A stretch of DNA of 64,000 nucleotides from Candidatus Doudnabacteria bacterium (GCA_016788665.1 JAEUSF010000005.1:13079-77078), one strand, 5' to 3'. Positions 29,036 through 38,283 are shown, counted from the first letter of the stretch. Translations and numbers: made by a program. The notes: generated from the sequence alone by a model not told the origin.

Positions 29036-29382
29036 TAACAAAAAGTCTCATCGTCACGATGGGGCTTTTTGTTATTGGTATTCGAGAGGTGTGGTACCCA
29101 GCCTGTCCGCCGTAGCTTTCTTGACCGACGTAGCTTTAGCGAAGTTGGTAGCGAAGGAGGGCTCCCGAGCCAATCAAAAACCTCTAACTTAAGTTAGAGG
29201 TTTTTGATATAATAATTTTAATTAGATTTGACTTAATAAATTAATGGGTCATGTCCCCATTTTCCTTATATAGGGACGGTAATTGGAATGAGCATTTTCA
29301 AGATAGGTTTCTGAAATTCTCAAAAGTTTGGGTAACAACACTAAATGCTCTAATTGTAGATCCATAATGTATCTACAAAAAT

Positions 29383-29451
29383 AAAGATAAAAACACTTCT
29401 CTGGGTTGTTCAGATTACCCTGAGTGCAAATTTACAAGAAGCCTTACCTAG
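29383..29451 (+). pseudogene. remnant of a C4 zinc-ribbon (topoisomerase-type) coding sequence
   Basis: A 28-codon open frame, bounded by the stop at 29365-29367, is the 3' end of a zinc-ribbon domain; the last 23 codons read KDKNTSLGCSDYPECKFTRSLT. It has no start codon and no N-terminal CxxC. Confidence 0.3.
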
Positions 29452-29509
29452 GAAGATTTAAGCTAAACACTGAGATGCGCCATTTATTGTGATATATAAC
29501 TAGGCTTAC

Positions 29510-29538
29510 TTGACAAATACCCCCAGGGGGTATATACT
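29510..29538 (+). promoter_or_regulatory. sigma70 promoter TTGACA-17-TATACT with embedded CsoR-type operator ATACCCCC-A-GGGGGTAT
   Basis: The palindrome at 29517-29533 matches the B. subtilis CsoR operator type (TACCC...GGGTA). It sits in the promoter spacer, 27 nt before csoR. Confidence 0.7.
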
Positions 29539-29564
29539 GGGTTTAGTTTAATTGATTAGAATTT

Positions 29565-29831
29565 ATGCTTAAATCCAACGAGAAAAAACTTATAAACCGG
29601 CTGCATATTATCCAAGGCCAAATGGAAGGCTTAGAACGGATGATAGAAGGAAAGAAGTACTGTGTGGATATTATCACCCAATCCCTTGCTATACAGAAAT
29701 CTTTACAAAGCTTTAACCAAGCCATGTTAGAGAACCATTTGGAGGAACATGTATCTCACCAATTGAAGCATGGTAATGACAGTAAAGCTATAAAGGAACT
29801 GGCAAAAATCTACAGCCTGTCAAAAAAATAA
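29565..29831 (+). CDS. csoR: CsoR/RcnR family metal-sensing transcriptional repressor
   Basis: 88 aa. INRLHIIQGQMEGLERMIEGKKYCVDIITQSLAIQ...HLEEHVSH (DUF156). Confidence 0.85.
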   Translation: MLKSNEKKLINRLHIIQGQMEGLERMIEGKKYCVDIITQSLAIQKSLQSFNQAMLENHLEEHVSHQLKHGNDSKAIKELAKIYSLSKK

Positions 29832-29840
29832 ATTTTAGCT

Positions 29841-30287
29841 ATGCAGCAATTGATTAATTCAACATTTTCAAAAGCTTTGTTTTCTATAATTGCTCTCATT
29901 ATTATGAGTGCAAGTTTTTGCAGTATGGCCGCAATGAAACACGAGGATAATACTAATTGTATGGTAGAAATGACTCATGATTCTAATTGTAATACTTCTT
30001 CCCAATCATCCGCATGCTTAAATTTTCATTTAGGTTTAATGGAAAAGTTTTCACATGGATTTGCAGACAACTTAGGATTTAAATTTTTGGTGTCCATACT
30101 CACATTGGCCGCGCTTTTATATGCTGCAAAGAGTCTTTTTACTTTATTAAGGGAACAAAGTAGAATCCTGAAGGTGAGGTTAAGGCAGCTATCGGAAAAT
30201 GTAGCAGGTATTTTTCAAGATGTTTTTGGTAATTGGCTGTCTCTTTTTGAGAAGAGAGATCCTTCTTACGCTTTTGCTACAGCGTAA
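29841..30287 (+). CDS. hypothetical membrane protein with Cys/His/Met-rich segment
   Basis: 148 aa. CSMAAMKHEDNTNCMVEMTHDSNCNTSSQSSAC. Confidence 0.45.
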   Translation: MQQLINSTFSKALFSIIALIIMSASFCSMAAMKHEDNTNCMVEMTHDSNCNTSSQSSACLNFHLGLMEKFSHGFADNLGFKFLVSILTLAALLYAAKSLFTLLREQSRILKVRLRQLSENVAGIFQDVFGNWLSLFEKRDPSYAFATA

Positions 30288-30354
30288 AGTGGTCTTTGGA
30301 TTTCTCTAACACATAGGTCAGCAGATTACAAAGACCCTTTACGTTTCGTAAAAG

Positions 30355-31719
30355 GTGTTTTTTATTATTATTCTTTTTAGACTTATGCAAAAACTCATAG
30401 TTCCTATACGAGGAATGCACTGTAAATCGTGCGAAATCCTTATTGAAGAGAACATAAAACAAATTCCCGGGGTTAAAAAAGTCGAGTCGAGCCATGTATC
30501 GGGCAGGGCAAAAATTTGGTTTGAAGAAAATAAGCCTTCACAAAACGCCATAGGTAAAGCGGTAGAAGCAGCTGGCTATACTGTCGGCCAAGATGACAAA
30601 AAACATTGGTTTTCCCGCAACCCGCGTGATTATTACTATCTTGTAAATGCCGCGGCAATACTATTCTTTCTGTTTATAGCCTTTCAAATGTTCGGACTCT
30701 CCGACATTGCCGGAAACCTAACCTCCAAAAGCATTGCCATGGCGGGAGTGATCGGTTTAGTCGCTGGAATTTCCTCATGTATGGCGCTAATCGGTGGCTT
30801 GGTACTAGCCTTATCTGCCCGACATTCAGAATCACACCCAGAGGCAACGCCTGTACAAAAATTTAGGCCCCATTTGTTCTTTAATTTAGGGAGAGTATTA
30901 GGCTTTGCTCTATTTGGAGGACTGATCGGACTCATTGGCTCGGCTCTGCAACCGTCCCCAAGGTTTCTTGGAATACTTACCCTGTTAGTTGGCGGCGTGA
31001 TGATTCTTTTGGGACTTAAGCTCGTGGAAGTGTTCCCCATACTACAAAGGGTGAATTTAACTTTACCCAAGTTTGTTTCTAGGCTGCTTGGAATAAAACA
31101 TGAAGCAAAAGAATACAGTCACAAAAGCGCCTTTTTGGGCGGCGCTTTAACATTCTTCCTGCCATGCGGCTTTACTCAAGCCATGCAGTTATACGCGGTC
31201 TCCACTGGTAACTTTGTGCAAGGTGCGCTTATTATGTCGCTCTTTGCTTTGGGGACTGCTCCGGGCCTGCTAAGTATTGGAGGATTGTCTTCCGCATTCA
31301 AAGGCAGCAAAGCTCGCCTGTTCTTTGCCACTGCCGGACTTGCGGTAATTCTTCTCGGCGTTTTCAATGTATCTAACGCCAGCCGGATTGTATTTCCCGG
31401 TTCTCCCGAAACCGCCAATACGGCTCAAACTTCGGACAACGCAATTACCGGTACGGTTCAGGAGGTGCGTATGACGCAGGGAGGCTCTGGCTACAGCCCC
31501 AATCAGTTTACTGTCAAAAAAGGAAACACTGTCCGGTGGATTATTAATTCTACTAACCAATATACATGTGCCAGTTATATTAACATGCCCGCTTACAAAA
31601 TATCCCGTCCCCTTAAAGCAGGAGAAAATATAATAGAATTTACTCCGATGAAGACAGGAGAAATCGCTTTTAGCTGCTCAATGGGTATGTATCGTGGCAA
31701 ATTCACTGTTGTTGATTAA
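30355..31719 (+). CDS. HMA domain - DsbD_2/CcdA-like permease - cupredoxin-like domain fusion protein (putative Cu transporter)
   Basis: N-terminal GMHCKSCE. The TM core has SSCMALIGG and FFLPCGFTQAM. The C-terminal ~100-aa beta domain ends FSCSMGMYRGKF. Confidence 0.65.
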   Translation: MFFIIILFRLMQKLIVPIRGMHCKSCEILIEENIKQIPGVKKVESSHVSGRAKIWFEENKPSQNAIGKAVEAAGYTVGQDDKKHWFSRNPRDYYYLVNAAAILFFLFIAFQMFGLSDIAGNLTSKSIAMAGVIGLVAGISSCMALIGGLVLALSARHSESHPEATPVQKFRPHLFFNLGRVLGFALFGGLIGLIGSALQPSPRFLGILTLLVGGVMILLGLKLVEVFPILQRVNLTLPKFVSRLLGIKHEAKEYSHKSAFLGGALTFFLPCGFTQAMQLYAVSTGNFVQGALIMSLFALGTAPGLLSIGGLSSAFKGSKARLFFATAGLAVILLGVFNVSNASRIVFPGSPETANTAQTSDNAITGTVQEVRMTQGGSGYSPNQFTVKKGNTVRWIINSTNQYTCASYINMPAYKISRPLKAGENIIEFTPMKTGEIAFSCSMGMYRGKFTVVD

Positions 31720-31734
31720 CTAACTATAAAATAT

Positions 31735-31953
31735 ATGTCTACAACCAAATTCTTACTCACCAATTTAAACTGTAGCGCATGTGGTAAGGTTTCTAAAATG
31801 AAAATTAGTAAAATTCCCGACGTTACAGCAGTACAAATTGAACAAAATAGCAATGAAGCCCAAGGAGAGCTTAGTGCTTTAAGAGAAATAACAATTAATG
31901 AAATTGAACAGGCGTTAGCAGGAACTGGCTATAAAGTTCATGCCGCCCAATAA
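31735..31953 (+). CDS. CopZ-like HMA domain protein (variant CSAC motif)
   Basis: 72 aa. [21 protein letters not shown]. Confidence 0.5.
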   Translation: MSTTKFLLTNLNCSACGKVSKMKISKIPDVTAVQIEQNSNEAQGELSALREITINEIEQALAGTGYKVHAAQ

Positions 31954-34900
31954 ACTTATGGAAAATGTATACCAATTGAATGTTCAAGGCATGCACTGTA
32001 AATCCTGCGAAACCTTGATTAAAGAAGAAATTAAAGAACTCTCCGGCGTATCCGATGTTGAGGTTTCGTTTCAGGATGGTAAAGGTATTGTTAAAGCAGC
32101 AGAAAATAAAGTGTCCTCGGAAGATATCCAGCAAGCTATTCAGCGTGCCGGTTATTCAAGTGTGGTAACTGAGGATCATACGATGCATCAAATGCCACAA
32201 GAGGCTTCACAAACTGCGGATGTTACTCCTGATTCCGGAGTTCCTTTTTCACTGAAAGTAGAAAACCGATTGGAGGCCCAAGGTAGAATTATGGAAAATA
32301 CGGGCAACAAGCCCTACTTTGAAGGAAAGTTTTCCAATTATAGAAATGCGGAAATAAATGTTCCGGAAGGCCATGAGAATATGAAAAAATATCTTGAACA
32401 AATGGTTAAAGCCGCTAAATTTTTCAATGTATTGGATGGGCTGAGCGTTGAGCACGTTTCAGGACATAACGCCGCATTGGCTAATGTAGAATCAAAAACC
32501 ATAACTGAACCAGTTTCTGTGACTAATCAAACACGTAAAGTACAGTTGTCACTTTCCGGAATGCATTGCGCTTCTTGTGCCAACATTATTGAGCGCTCTA
32601 TTAAAAAGGTAGCGGGAGTTAATCAAGCTAATGTAAATTATGCTGCCGAAAAAGCAACAGTTGTGTTTGATGGTTCTAAGTCTCAAGTCGCAGACTTAGT
32701 TAGGGCTGTACAAAAAGCAGGATATAATGCTCAAGAAATTGACGCTAAGGATACGGGATTTGACGCAAGAAAACGGCAGGCAGAAATTGGCTCTTACTTT
32801 AAAAAGTTTGTCATCAGCGCTGTATTGAGCGCACCAATGCTTTACTTCATGTTCTTTGACTTCTTTAACTGGATACCGGGTAAAACCCAGTTGTTGCCAT
32901 TTGTAGGTGTTATTTCTCTCATCCTTGCCACCCCTGTCCAGTTCATTATTGGCAAAGGATTCTACAAAGGCATGTGGTCAGCCTTGCGCATGAAGACGTT
33001 TAACATGGATAGCTTGATTGCCATTGGCACCTCTACTGCCTATTTCTACAGCTTGGTGACATTCATCTTGTTTACTGTCGCAAATAAGACGGTCATCGGT
33101 ATAAATGGCGGAAAAATTCAAGACTTATACTTTGAAACTGCTGCCTTCCTGATTACGTTCGTAATTTTAGGTAAATGGCTGGAAGTACGGACCAAAGGTA
33201 AAACGTCAGATTCCATAAAAAAACTTATGGGACTTCAGGCTAAGACTGCCCGAGTTATCCGCAATGGCACGACACAGGATATTGCCATAGACCAAGTTGT
33301 CCATAAGGATATCGTTATTGTCCGTCCTGGTGAAAAAGTGCCGATTGACGGGGTTATTGTTAAAGGGTCATCCGCAGTTGATGAATCGATGCTGACCGGT
33401 GAAAGTTTGCCAGTTGAAAAAAAAGTAGGTGATAATGTTGCGGGGGGCACAATTAACAAAACCGGAAGTTTTGAGTTTGAAGTAACCAAAGTCGGAAACG
33501 AAACAGTACTGGCGCAAATTATTAGGCTTGTCGAAGAGGCACAAGGCAGTAAGGCACCTATCCAAGACTTTGCTGACCGCATTTCTTCTTGGTTTGTTCC
33601 GGCGGTCATAGGGATTGCAGTTATAACATTTCTGGTCTGGTTCTTTATACTGGGATCCACCTTGTCGTTCGCTCTCATGGCCTTTACATCGGTCATTGTA
33701 ATAGCATGTCCGTGCGCGTTAGGCCTTGCTACTCCTACGGCAATTATGGTAGGTACGGGCAAAGGAGCAGAAAATGGAATTTTAGTTAAAGGCGGTGAGC
33801 CTTTAGAAGCAGCTTGCAAAATTAACACAATAGTATTCGACAAAACTGGCACTTTGACCAATGGAAAACCGGAAGTTACGGATGTTTTAGTCTTAGCAGA
33901 TAAAGATGAAGACGAAGTACTGCAAATCGCCGCATCTTTAGAAAAACTTTCTGAGCATCCCCTCGCTGAAGCTATTTATACTCATGCTCAGGATGAAGGC
34001 GTCAATCTTTTGGAGGTCAAAGATTTTAAAGCTGTCCCCGGTCATGGTGTACAGGGTGAAATTGATGGGGTTACCTATTACTTTGGTAATCGCAAAATGA
34101 TGTCAGATGTTGCAGGGGTAAGCTCAGAAAAAGTCGGAAGAAAACAATCCAAACTTGAAGAAGCAGGAAAAACTGCCATGCTTTTAGCAACCAAAGAAAA
34201 TATAACCGGGATGATTGCAGTAGCGGATACTGTTAAGCCAACGACCAAAGTAGCTATAGAGAAATTGCAAAAGATGAAGATTGAAATCTACATGATTACT
34301 GGGGACAACGAACGTACTGGCCGAGCTATAGCGTCGCAAGTTGGGATTACCAATGTGCTTGCCGAGGTTTTACCTGAAGACAAGGCTAGCGAAGTAAAGA
34401 AACTACAAGAACTAGGTAAAAAAGTAGCAATGGTTGGCGATGGTATTAACGATGCCCCAGCATTAGCTCAAGCCAACTTAGGAATAGCTATGGGTAATGG
34501 TACAGATGTGGCTATGGAAACCGGTGGTATTGTAATTATGCGCAGCGACCTCAATGATGTGGTCAATTCCATCCAGCTCTCGCGTGAGACCATGAGCAAG
34601 ATTAAGCAGAATATGTTCTTTGCCTTGTTCTATAACGTGGTTGGCATCCCAATTGCTGCTCGTATATTTATAGGTTTGGGATTAGTGCTTAAGCCGGAAT
34701 TGGCAGGTCTTGCCATGGCACTCAGTTCAGTATCGGTAGTAGCTAACTCTTTGACCTTAAGGTTCTTTAAGCCCGGTAAGCGCAATTGGATATCCATGCT
34801 TGCGCCGGTAGCTATGGCCATATTCTTCTCCTTCATATTCTTTGAGTTTGCCCAGTTCAGCTCCCGCATGACCGAACCAGCACAAGTAATGGCAGTGGTG

Positions 34901-35566
34901 AAAGCTTCTCCGGAAATTGTCCAGAAAAGCCAGTCCCTTATTAAGCAGTCGGCTATGAAAGTTAATTTTGCGGAAGGAAACCCAAAGTTCTTTATGCAAA
35001 CGGACCAGGGAACCATTGACTTGCCTATGGCAGAAGGTGAGGCAAACCTGGGAAAGAATGAGATGATTATTGGGTTTGACGAGGCGGAGATGATGAAGAA
35101 AGAAAAGTTGTTTGAGAAGCCGGGAGACAGCTTGGTTAATTTCTTTGGTGTGCCAAGCATGAAAATTGTCGGCATTTTGAAACCAACCGGAACCTTCCTG
35201 GACAATGCCCACATCACAACGGCAGACACCCAAATAGTTTCGATTGCCAATGGCTCAGCGGCATCCCTGAACGAAGAAATTAAACTGTTCTACGCCATGC
35301 AGCCAAACAACATACCCGCAGCGTATGCTAATAATATTAACCGTGAAGGGATGGCACCCGTAACTTTCGGCACCAAAAAGTACCTGCCAATCTATATTGG
35401 CAGCAAGGAAGCCGAAGTCATGAAGGCAGAAAAGTTATTCCAAAAAGAAGGCGACATACTAACCGGCTTCTTTGGAAACGACGTAGTGGTGGCCGGAGTG
35501 TTGCCGGAAACCAAGACGCCACTTGATAACTTTCACTATGTAACCGGTAACTTCGTAAATAACTAA
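31940..35566 (+). CDS. copA: copper-translocating P-type ATPase with two N-terminal HMA domains and a ~330-aa C-terminal extension
   Basis: GMHCKSCE and GMHCASCA; CPC motif [10 protein letters not shown]; DKTGTLT; [10 protein letters not shown]. An extra TM follows the ATPase core ([18 protein letters not shown]), then two ~55-aa repeats. Confidence 0.9.
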   Translation: MPPNKLMENVYQLNVQGMHCKSCETLIKEEIKELSGVSDVEVSFQDGKGIVKAAENKVSSEDIQQAIQRAGYSSVVTEDHTMHQMPQEASQTADVTPDSGVPFSLKVENRLEAQGRIMENTGNKPYFEGKFSNYRNAEINVPEGHENMKKYLEQMVKAAKFFNVLDGLSVEHVSGHNAALANVESKTITEPVSVTNQTRKVQLSLSGMHCASCANIIERSIKKVAGVNQANVNYAAEKATVVFDGSKSQVADLVRAVQKAGYNAQEIDAKDTGFDARKRQAEIGSYFKKFVISAVLSAPMLYFMFFDFFNWIPGKTQLLPFVGVISLILATPVQFIIGKGFYKGMWSALRMKTFNMDSLIAIGTSTAYFYSLVTFILFTVANKTVIGINGGKIQDLYFETAAFLITFVILGKWLEVRTKGKTSDSIKKLMGLQAKTARVIRNGTTQDIAIDQVVHKDIVIVRPGEKVPIDGVIVKGSSAVDESMLTGESLPVEKKVGDNVAGGTINKTGSFEFEVTKVGNETVLAQIIRLVEEAQGSKAPIQDFADRISSWFVPAVIGIAVITFLVWFFILGSTLSFALMAFTSVIVIACPCALGLATPTAIMVGTGKGAENGILVKGGEPLEAACKINTIVFDKTGTLTNGKPEVTDVLVLADKDEDEVLQIAASLEKLSEHPLAEAIYTHAQDEGVNLLEVKDFKAVPGHGVQGEIDGVTYYFGNRKMMSDVAGVSSEKVGRKQSKLEEAGKTAMLLATKENITGMIAVADTVKPTTKVAIEKLQKMKIEIYMITGDNERTGRAIASQVGITNVLAEVLPEDKASEVKKLQELGKKVAMVGDGINDAPALAQANLGIAMGNGTDVAMETGGIVIMRSDLNDVVNSIQLSRETMSKIKQNMFFALFYNVVGIPIAARIFIGLGLVLKPELAGLAMALSSVSVVANSLTLRFFKPGKRNWISMLAPVAMAIFFSFIFFEFAQFSSRMTEPAQVMAVVKASPEIVQKSQSLIKQSAMKVNFAEGNPKFFMQTDQGTIDLPMAEGEANLGKNEMIIGFDEAEMMKKEKLFEKPGDSLVNFFGVPSMKIVGILKPTGTFLDNAHITTADTQIVSIANGSAASLNEEIKLFYAMQPNNIPAAYANNINREGMAPVTFGTKKYLPIYIGSKEAEVMKAEKLFQKEGDILTGFFGNDVVVAGVLPETKTPLDNFHYVTGNFVNN

Positions 35567-35729
35567 ATGATTAAGGGGGCTGCTTCTATGCAGCCCCCTT
35601 AACATGTAACAATAAGTTCAAAGAGCGCTTTATGAAACCAAATAACATAATTCAAAATTTTCTTTACTGGAGCTGCTGGGTTATACTCGCCGGCTTAGTT
35701 ATTTACGCAATTATTAAACTAATATAAAT

Positions 35730-35915
35730 ATGGAAGGAAAATTTACTAAAGCTAAATATGGTGAGTGGCAAGCTTCGCTTTTTGGAGCTTGCGGTATAGC
35801 TTTGGGTGTAGGGATACTTTTAGCCCCCTATATTCACTCTTGGGCTTTATGGCTAGTTATAATCGGCGCTGTACTCCATGCCTGGGGAATGTATAGAATT
35901 CGAAACCAAAAATGA
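35730..35915 (+). CDS. small hydrophobic membrane protein
   Basis: 61 aa, 2 TM. Confidence 0.4.
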   Translation: MEGKFTKAKYGEWQASLFGACGIALGVGILLAPYIHSWALWLVIIGAVLHAWGMYRIRNQK

Positions 35916-35927
35916 TATACTCTTAAT

Positions 35928-36290
35928 ATGAACACACAACATTTATCGCAAAGCTTAGAAATGTGTAAGAAGTATTTGGGCAAGAAAGTAAAAATTGTTA
36001 TAGACCAACCTTACGGAACTTTTTACGAAGGTATAAAATATGAACTTAATTACGGGTACGTCCCAAATACAACCGCTCCCGATGGCGAGGGGTTAGATGC
36101 TTATTATCTGAGTTCACAAGAACCATTAAAAGAGGCTGAGGGAATTTGCATTGCGATTATACACCGACTGCATGACGACGATGATAAACTGGTTATAGTT
36201 GCCGAAGGACAAAACCTTACAAATAACGAAATAGAAACAGCAGTAACGTTCAGAGAAAAACTTTTTGATCACGAAATCATTAGAGAATAA
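35928..36290 (+). CDS. short inorganic pyrophosphatase-like protein
   Basis: YGYVPNTTAPDGEGLDAYYLS and DDDDKLVIVAEG resemble family I PPase motifs, but it is only 120 aa. Confidence 0.45.
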   Translation: MNTQHLSQSLEMCKKYLGKKVKIVIDQPYGTFYEGIKYELNYGYVPNTTAPDGEGLDAYYLSSQEPLKEAEGICIAIIHRLHDDDDKLVIVAEGQNLTNNEIETAVTFREKLFDHEIIRE

Positions 36291-36475
36291 TCTCTAATTC
36301 ACTCCATAAAATGGAACCACAGAAAAATGCGGTACCTTTAGGGTAGCGCTTTTTTCTATAGCCTTGGAAAGTCTATGGAATTCAAAAGGTCTGAAAAAAA
36401 AATTAAATTTATTTTTGTGATATTATTTTTAACTAGACAGCCCCGGATTTTTTTAGTAAAATACATATAATACCT

Positions 36476-36541
36476 ATGAAATTAAATTTCTTTTTAACTA
36501 GCTCCGCACATCATAAGCCCTCTCTTTGCAGAAAGGGCTAG
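36476..36541 (+). CDS. putative his leader peptide MKLNFFLTSSAHHKPSLCRKG
   Basis: TATAAT at 36464-36469 lies directly upstream, so the transcript may be leaderless. It has two adjacent His codons and is followed by overlapping hairpins and terminator 36574-36604. Confidence 0.35.
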   Translation: MKLNFFLTSSAHHKPSLCRKG

Positions 36542-36573
36542 GTTGGAATTGTATTAGTTTTAGTTACATCTTA

Positions 36574-36604
36574 CCCCCTTCTGCCAAGAAGGGGTTTTTC
36601 TTTT
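36574..36604 (+). terminator. attenuator-type terminator upstream of hisI
   Basis: Stem cccccttc/gaagggg followed by TTTTTCTTTT. It ends 30 nt before the hisI ATG. Confidence 0.5.
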
Positions 36605-36635
36605 GGAAAACCATTTAAAACTTTTAGGAGTGTAT

Positions 36636-37058
36636 ATGAAATTGAACTTGTCCGCACCTCAATTCGACAAGCAGACCGGGCTTATCACAATTGTGGTGAT
36701 CCACGTTCCCAAAAACGAACAAAGTGCTCTTCCTGGGGGCGCTATACTGATGGTTGCACATGCCAACGAAGAAGCTTACCGGCTTACACTAAGTACCGGC
36801 TATGCCCACTTTTGGTCTCGTTCCCGTAACTCACTTTGGAAGAAAGGAGAAACGTCCGGTAATGTCATCCCGGTCTACAAGATAGTCATGGACTGCGACC
36901 GTGACACAGTTCTGTACTTTACTGAAGTGGGTCTTGAGAATTTTGCTACGTGTCACCTAGGTAGCATAAGTTGTTTTGGTAGCTGCTTAATTGGCAATCT
37001 TCCAGATTTGTCAATTAGAACCGCGGAATACGAGGTGCATGAGAGCTTTACCAACTAA
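36636..37058 (+). CDS. hisI: phosphoribosyl-AMP cyclohydrolase
   Basis: AHFWSRSRNSLWKKGETSGNVIPVYKIVMDCDRDTVLYFTEV...CHLGSISCF. RBS AGGAG at 36626-36630. Confidence 0.85.
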   Translation: MKLNLSAPQFDKQTGLITIVVIHVPKNEQSALPGGAILMVAHANEEAYRLTLSTGYAHFWSRSRNSLWKKGETSGNVIPVYKIVMDCDRDTVLYFTEVGLENFATCHLGSISCFGSCLIGNLPDLSIRTAEYEVHESFTN

Positions 37059-37179
37059 AGGCTCATAACAAAGAGCGCGCGCTTTGCCTAACCGGCAACA
37101 ACACGCGCTTCTTCTTTTTTACATATAAAAGTTTCCTACATATTTGCTATAATTCAAGCAATGCATAACAAAATATATT

Positions 37180-38172
37180 ATGAGATTTAGCCACGAATTT
37201 TCCCCGCAACAGTTTGAATCAAAACCTGAGCATAAAGCGCGACTGGAAACCCAAATAGAAAAATGGAAACATTTTAGAAACCTGGTGCTCGAAGCTGTTC
37301 CATCTAGAGAAAAGGGTGTGAATCTTAAACGGGCCAATAACTTTTTAAATAAAATGAGGGTTCCAGTTAAAGATCACATTTTTACCGACAGAATGGGTCT
37401 GGAAACTTTTACAGACCTTAGCAAAAAACACAACGTATACAAACACTTAGAAAACAAAAGCTGGCTAGGAGGTTACTTTGCCGAATTAGACCTGGTTATT
37501 GTAAACCGAAGCCTATGCTACGAATATTATAACGGCCCGGAGGTTTCCGAAGGCATATATGTTCATGAGCAAGCCCATGCTTTAACGAGCTACAAAAACT
37601 GTATTATTTCCAAGGAAGGATTGGAGGTAGCCCGTGTAGGGTTTGCCGTCGGACAAGAAACCAGCGAACTTGGTATGTTTCTAGAAGAAGGCTGGGCTGA
37701 CATGCTTAGAGGAAAATACATGGAAAAATATATGACCGGTAAAATGAAAACCATGCTCTACGATACTCCAGACAGAGCTCAAAAAAACACCGTACCTAAA
37801 GTAACCAAAAAATATACAAAGATCCAAGGTGTAATACCCTCGCCCTCGCCCATAAAAACATACGAGCTGCCTACAAAATATTTTTATTTAGTAAATTCCC
37901 GTGGTTTAATAGACCACACAACCTCAGCCTTGCCGGGCTACAGCCTGGAACTTTTGTGTAAAAAAGCTCCCGATCTTTTTGAAACTTTACACAAAGCCAG
38001 AACCGACGTTTCAGCCCTAAGGCAAGTACCACAAATACTAGACGACCTTTCACCAAAACTTTATTTACGCCTGAGAGCTTTGGGCTATAACATGGAAGAC
38101 TTTTTAACAGGTTTGAACATTATTTTAAACGAAGTGGAAAACAGTCCTAAAAACCGCCCAGTTAATACCTAA
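37180..38172 (+). CDS. hypothetical protein with HExxH zinc-metallopeptidase motif
   Basis: 330 aa with no signal peptide. VHEQAHAL, then LEEGWAD as a possible third ligand. Confidence 0.45.
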   Translation: MRFSHEFSPQQFESKPEHKARLETQIEKWKHFRNLVLEAVPSREKGVNLKRANNFLNKMRVPVKDHIFTDRMGLETFTDLSKKHNVYKHLENKSWLGGYFAELDLVIVNRSLCYEYYNGPEVSEGIYVHEQAHALTSYKNCIISKEGLEVARVGFAVGQETSELGMFLEEGWADMLRGKYMEKYMTGKMKTMLYDTPDRAQKNTVPKVTKKYTKIQGVIPSPSPIKTYELPTKYFYLVNSRGLIDHTTSALPGYSLELLCKKAPDLFETLHKARTDVSALRQVPQILDDLSPKLYLRLRALGYNMEDFLTGLNIILNEVENSPKNRPVNT

Positions 38173-38283
38173 GTTACAAAAAACAGACTTAATTATAAGC
38201 CTTAGTCTGTTTTTTTAACATTTAATAGGTAATTATCTTATTTTTTGGTATTATAAATAAACCTATATTTAAACTAAACTACT

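Noticed and set aside
29024-29172. The 12-bp direct repeat of the tRNA 3' end as attL/attR of an element lying between them
   Set aside because: The two copies are only 127 bp apart, so no element lies between them. I kept it only as a scar or possible att-like remnant; the partner site, if any, is elsewhere.
28694-29192. Track ORFs 28694..28930(+) and 29001..29192(+)
   Set aside because: They overlap tRNA-Asn and its flanking tRNA-fragment DNA. They have no RBS and the composition is RNA-like.
33235-35250. Minus-strand ORFs inside copA (33235..33861, 33368..33565, 34630..35250, 34757..35233) and many similar antisense or overlapping ORFs within pilB, pilC, the histidine kinases and the giant surface-protein genes
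   Set aside because: These are antisense shadows of strongly supported coding frames. None has an independent motif or RBS.
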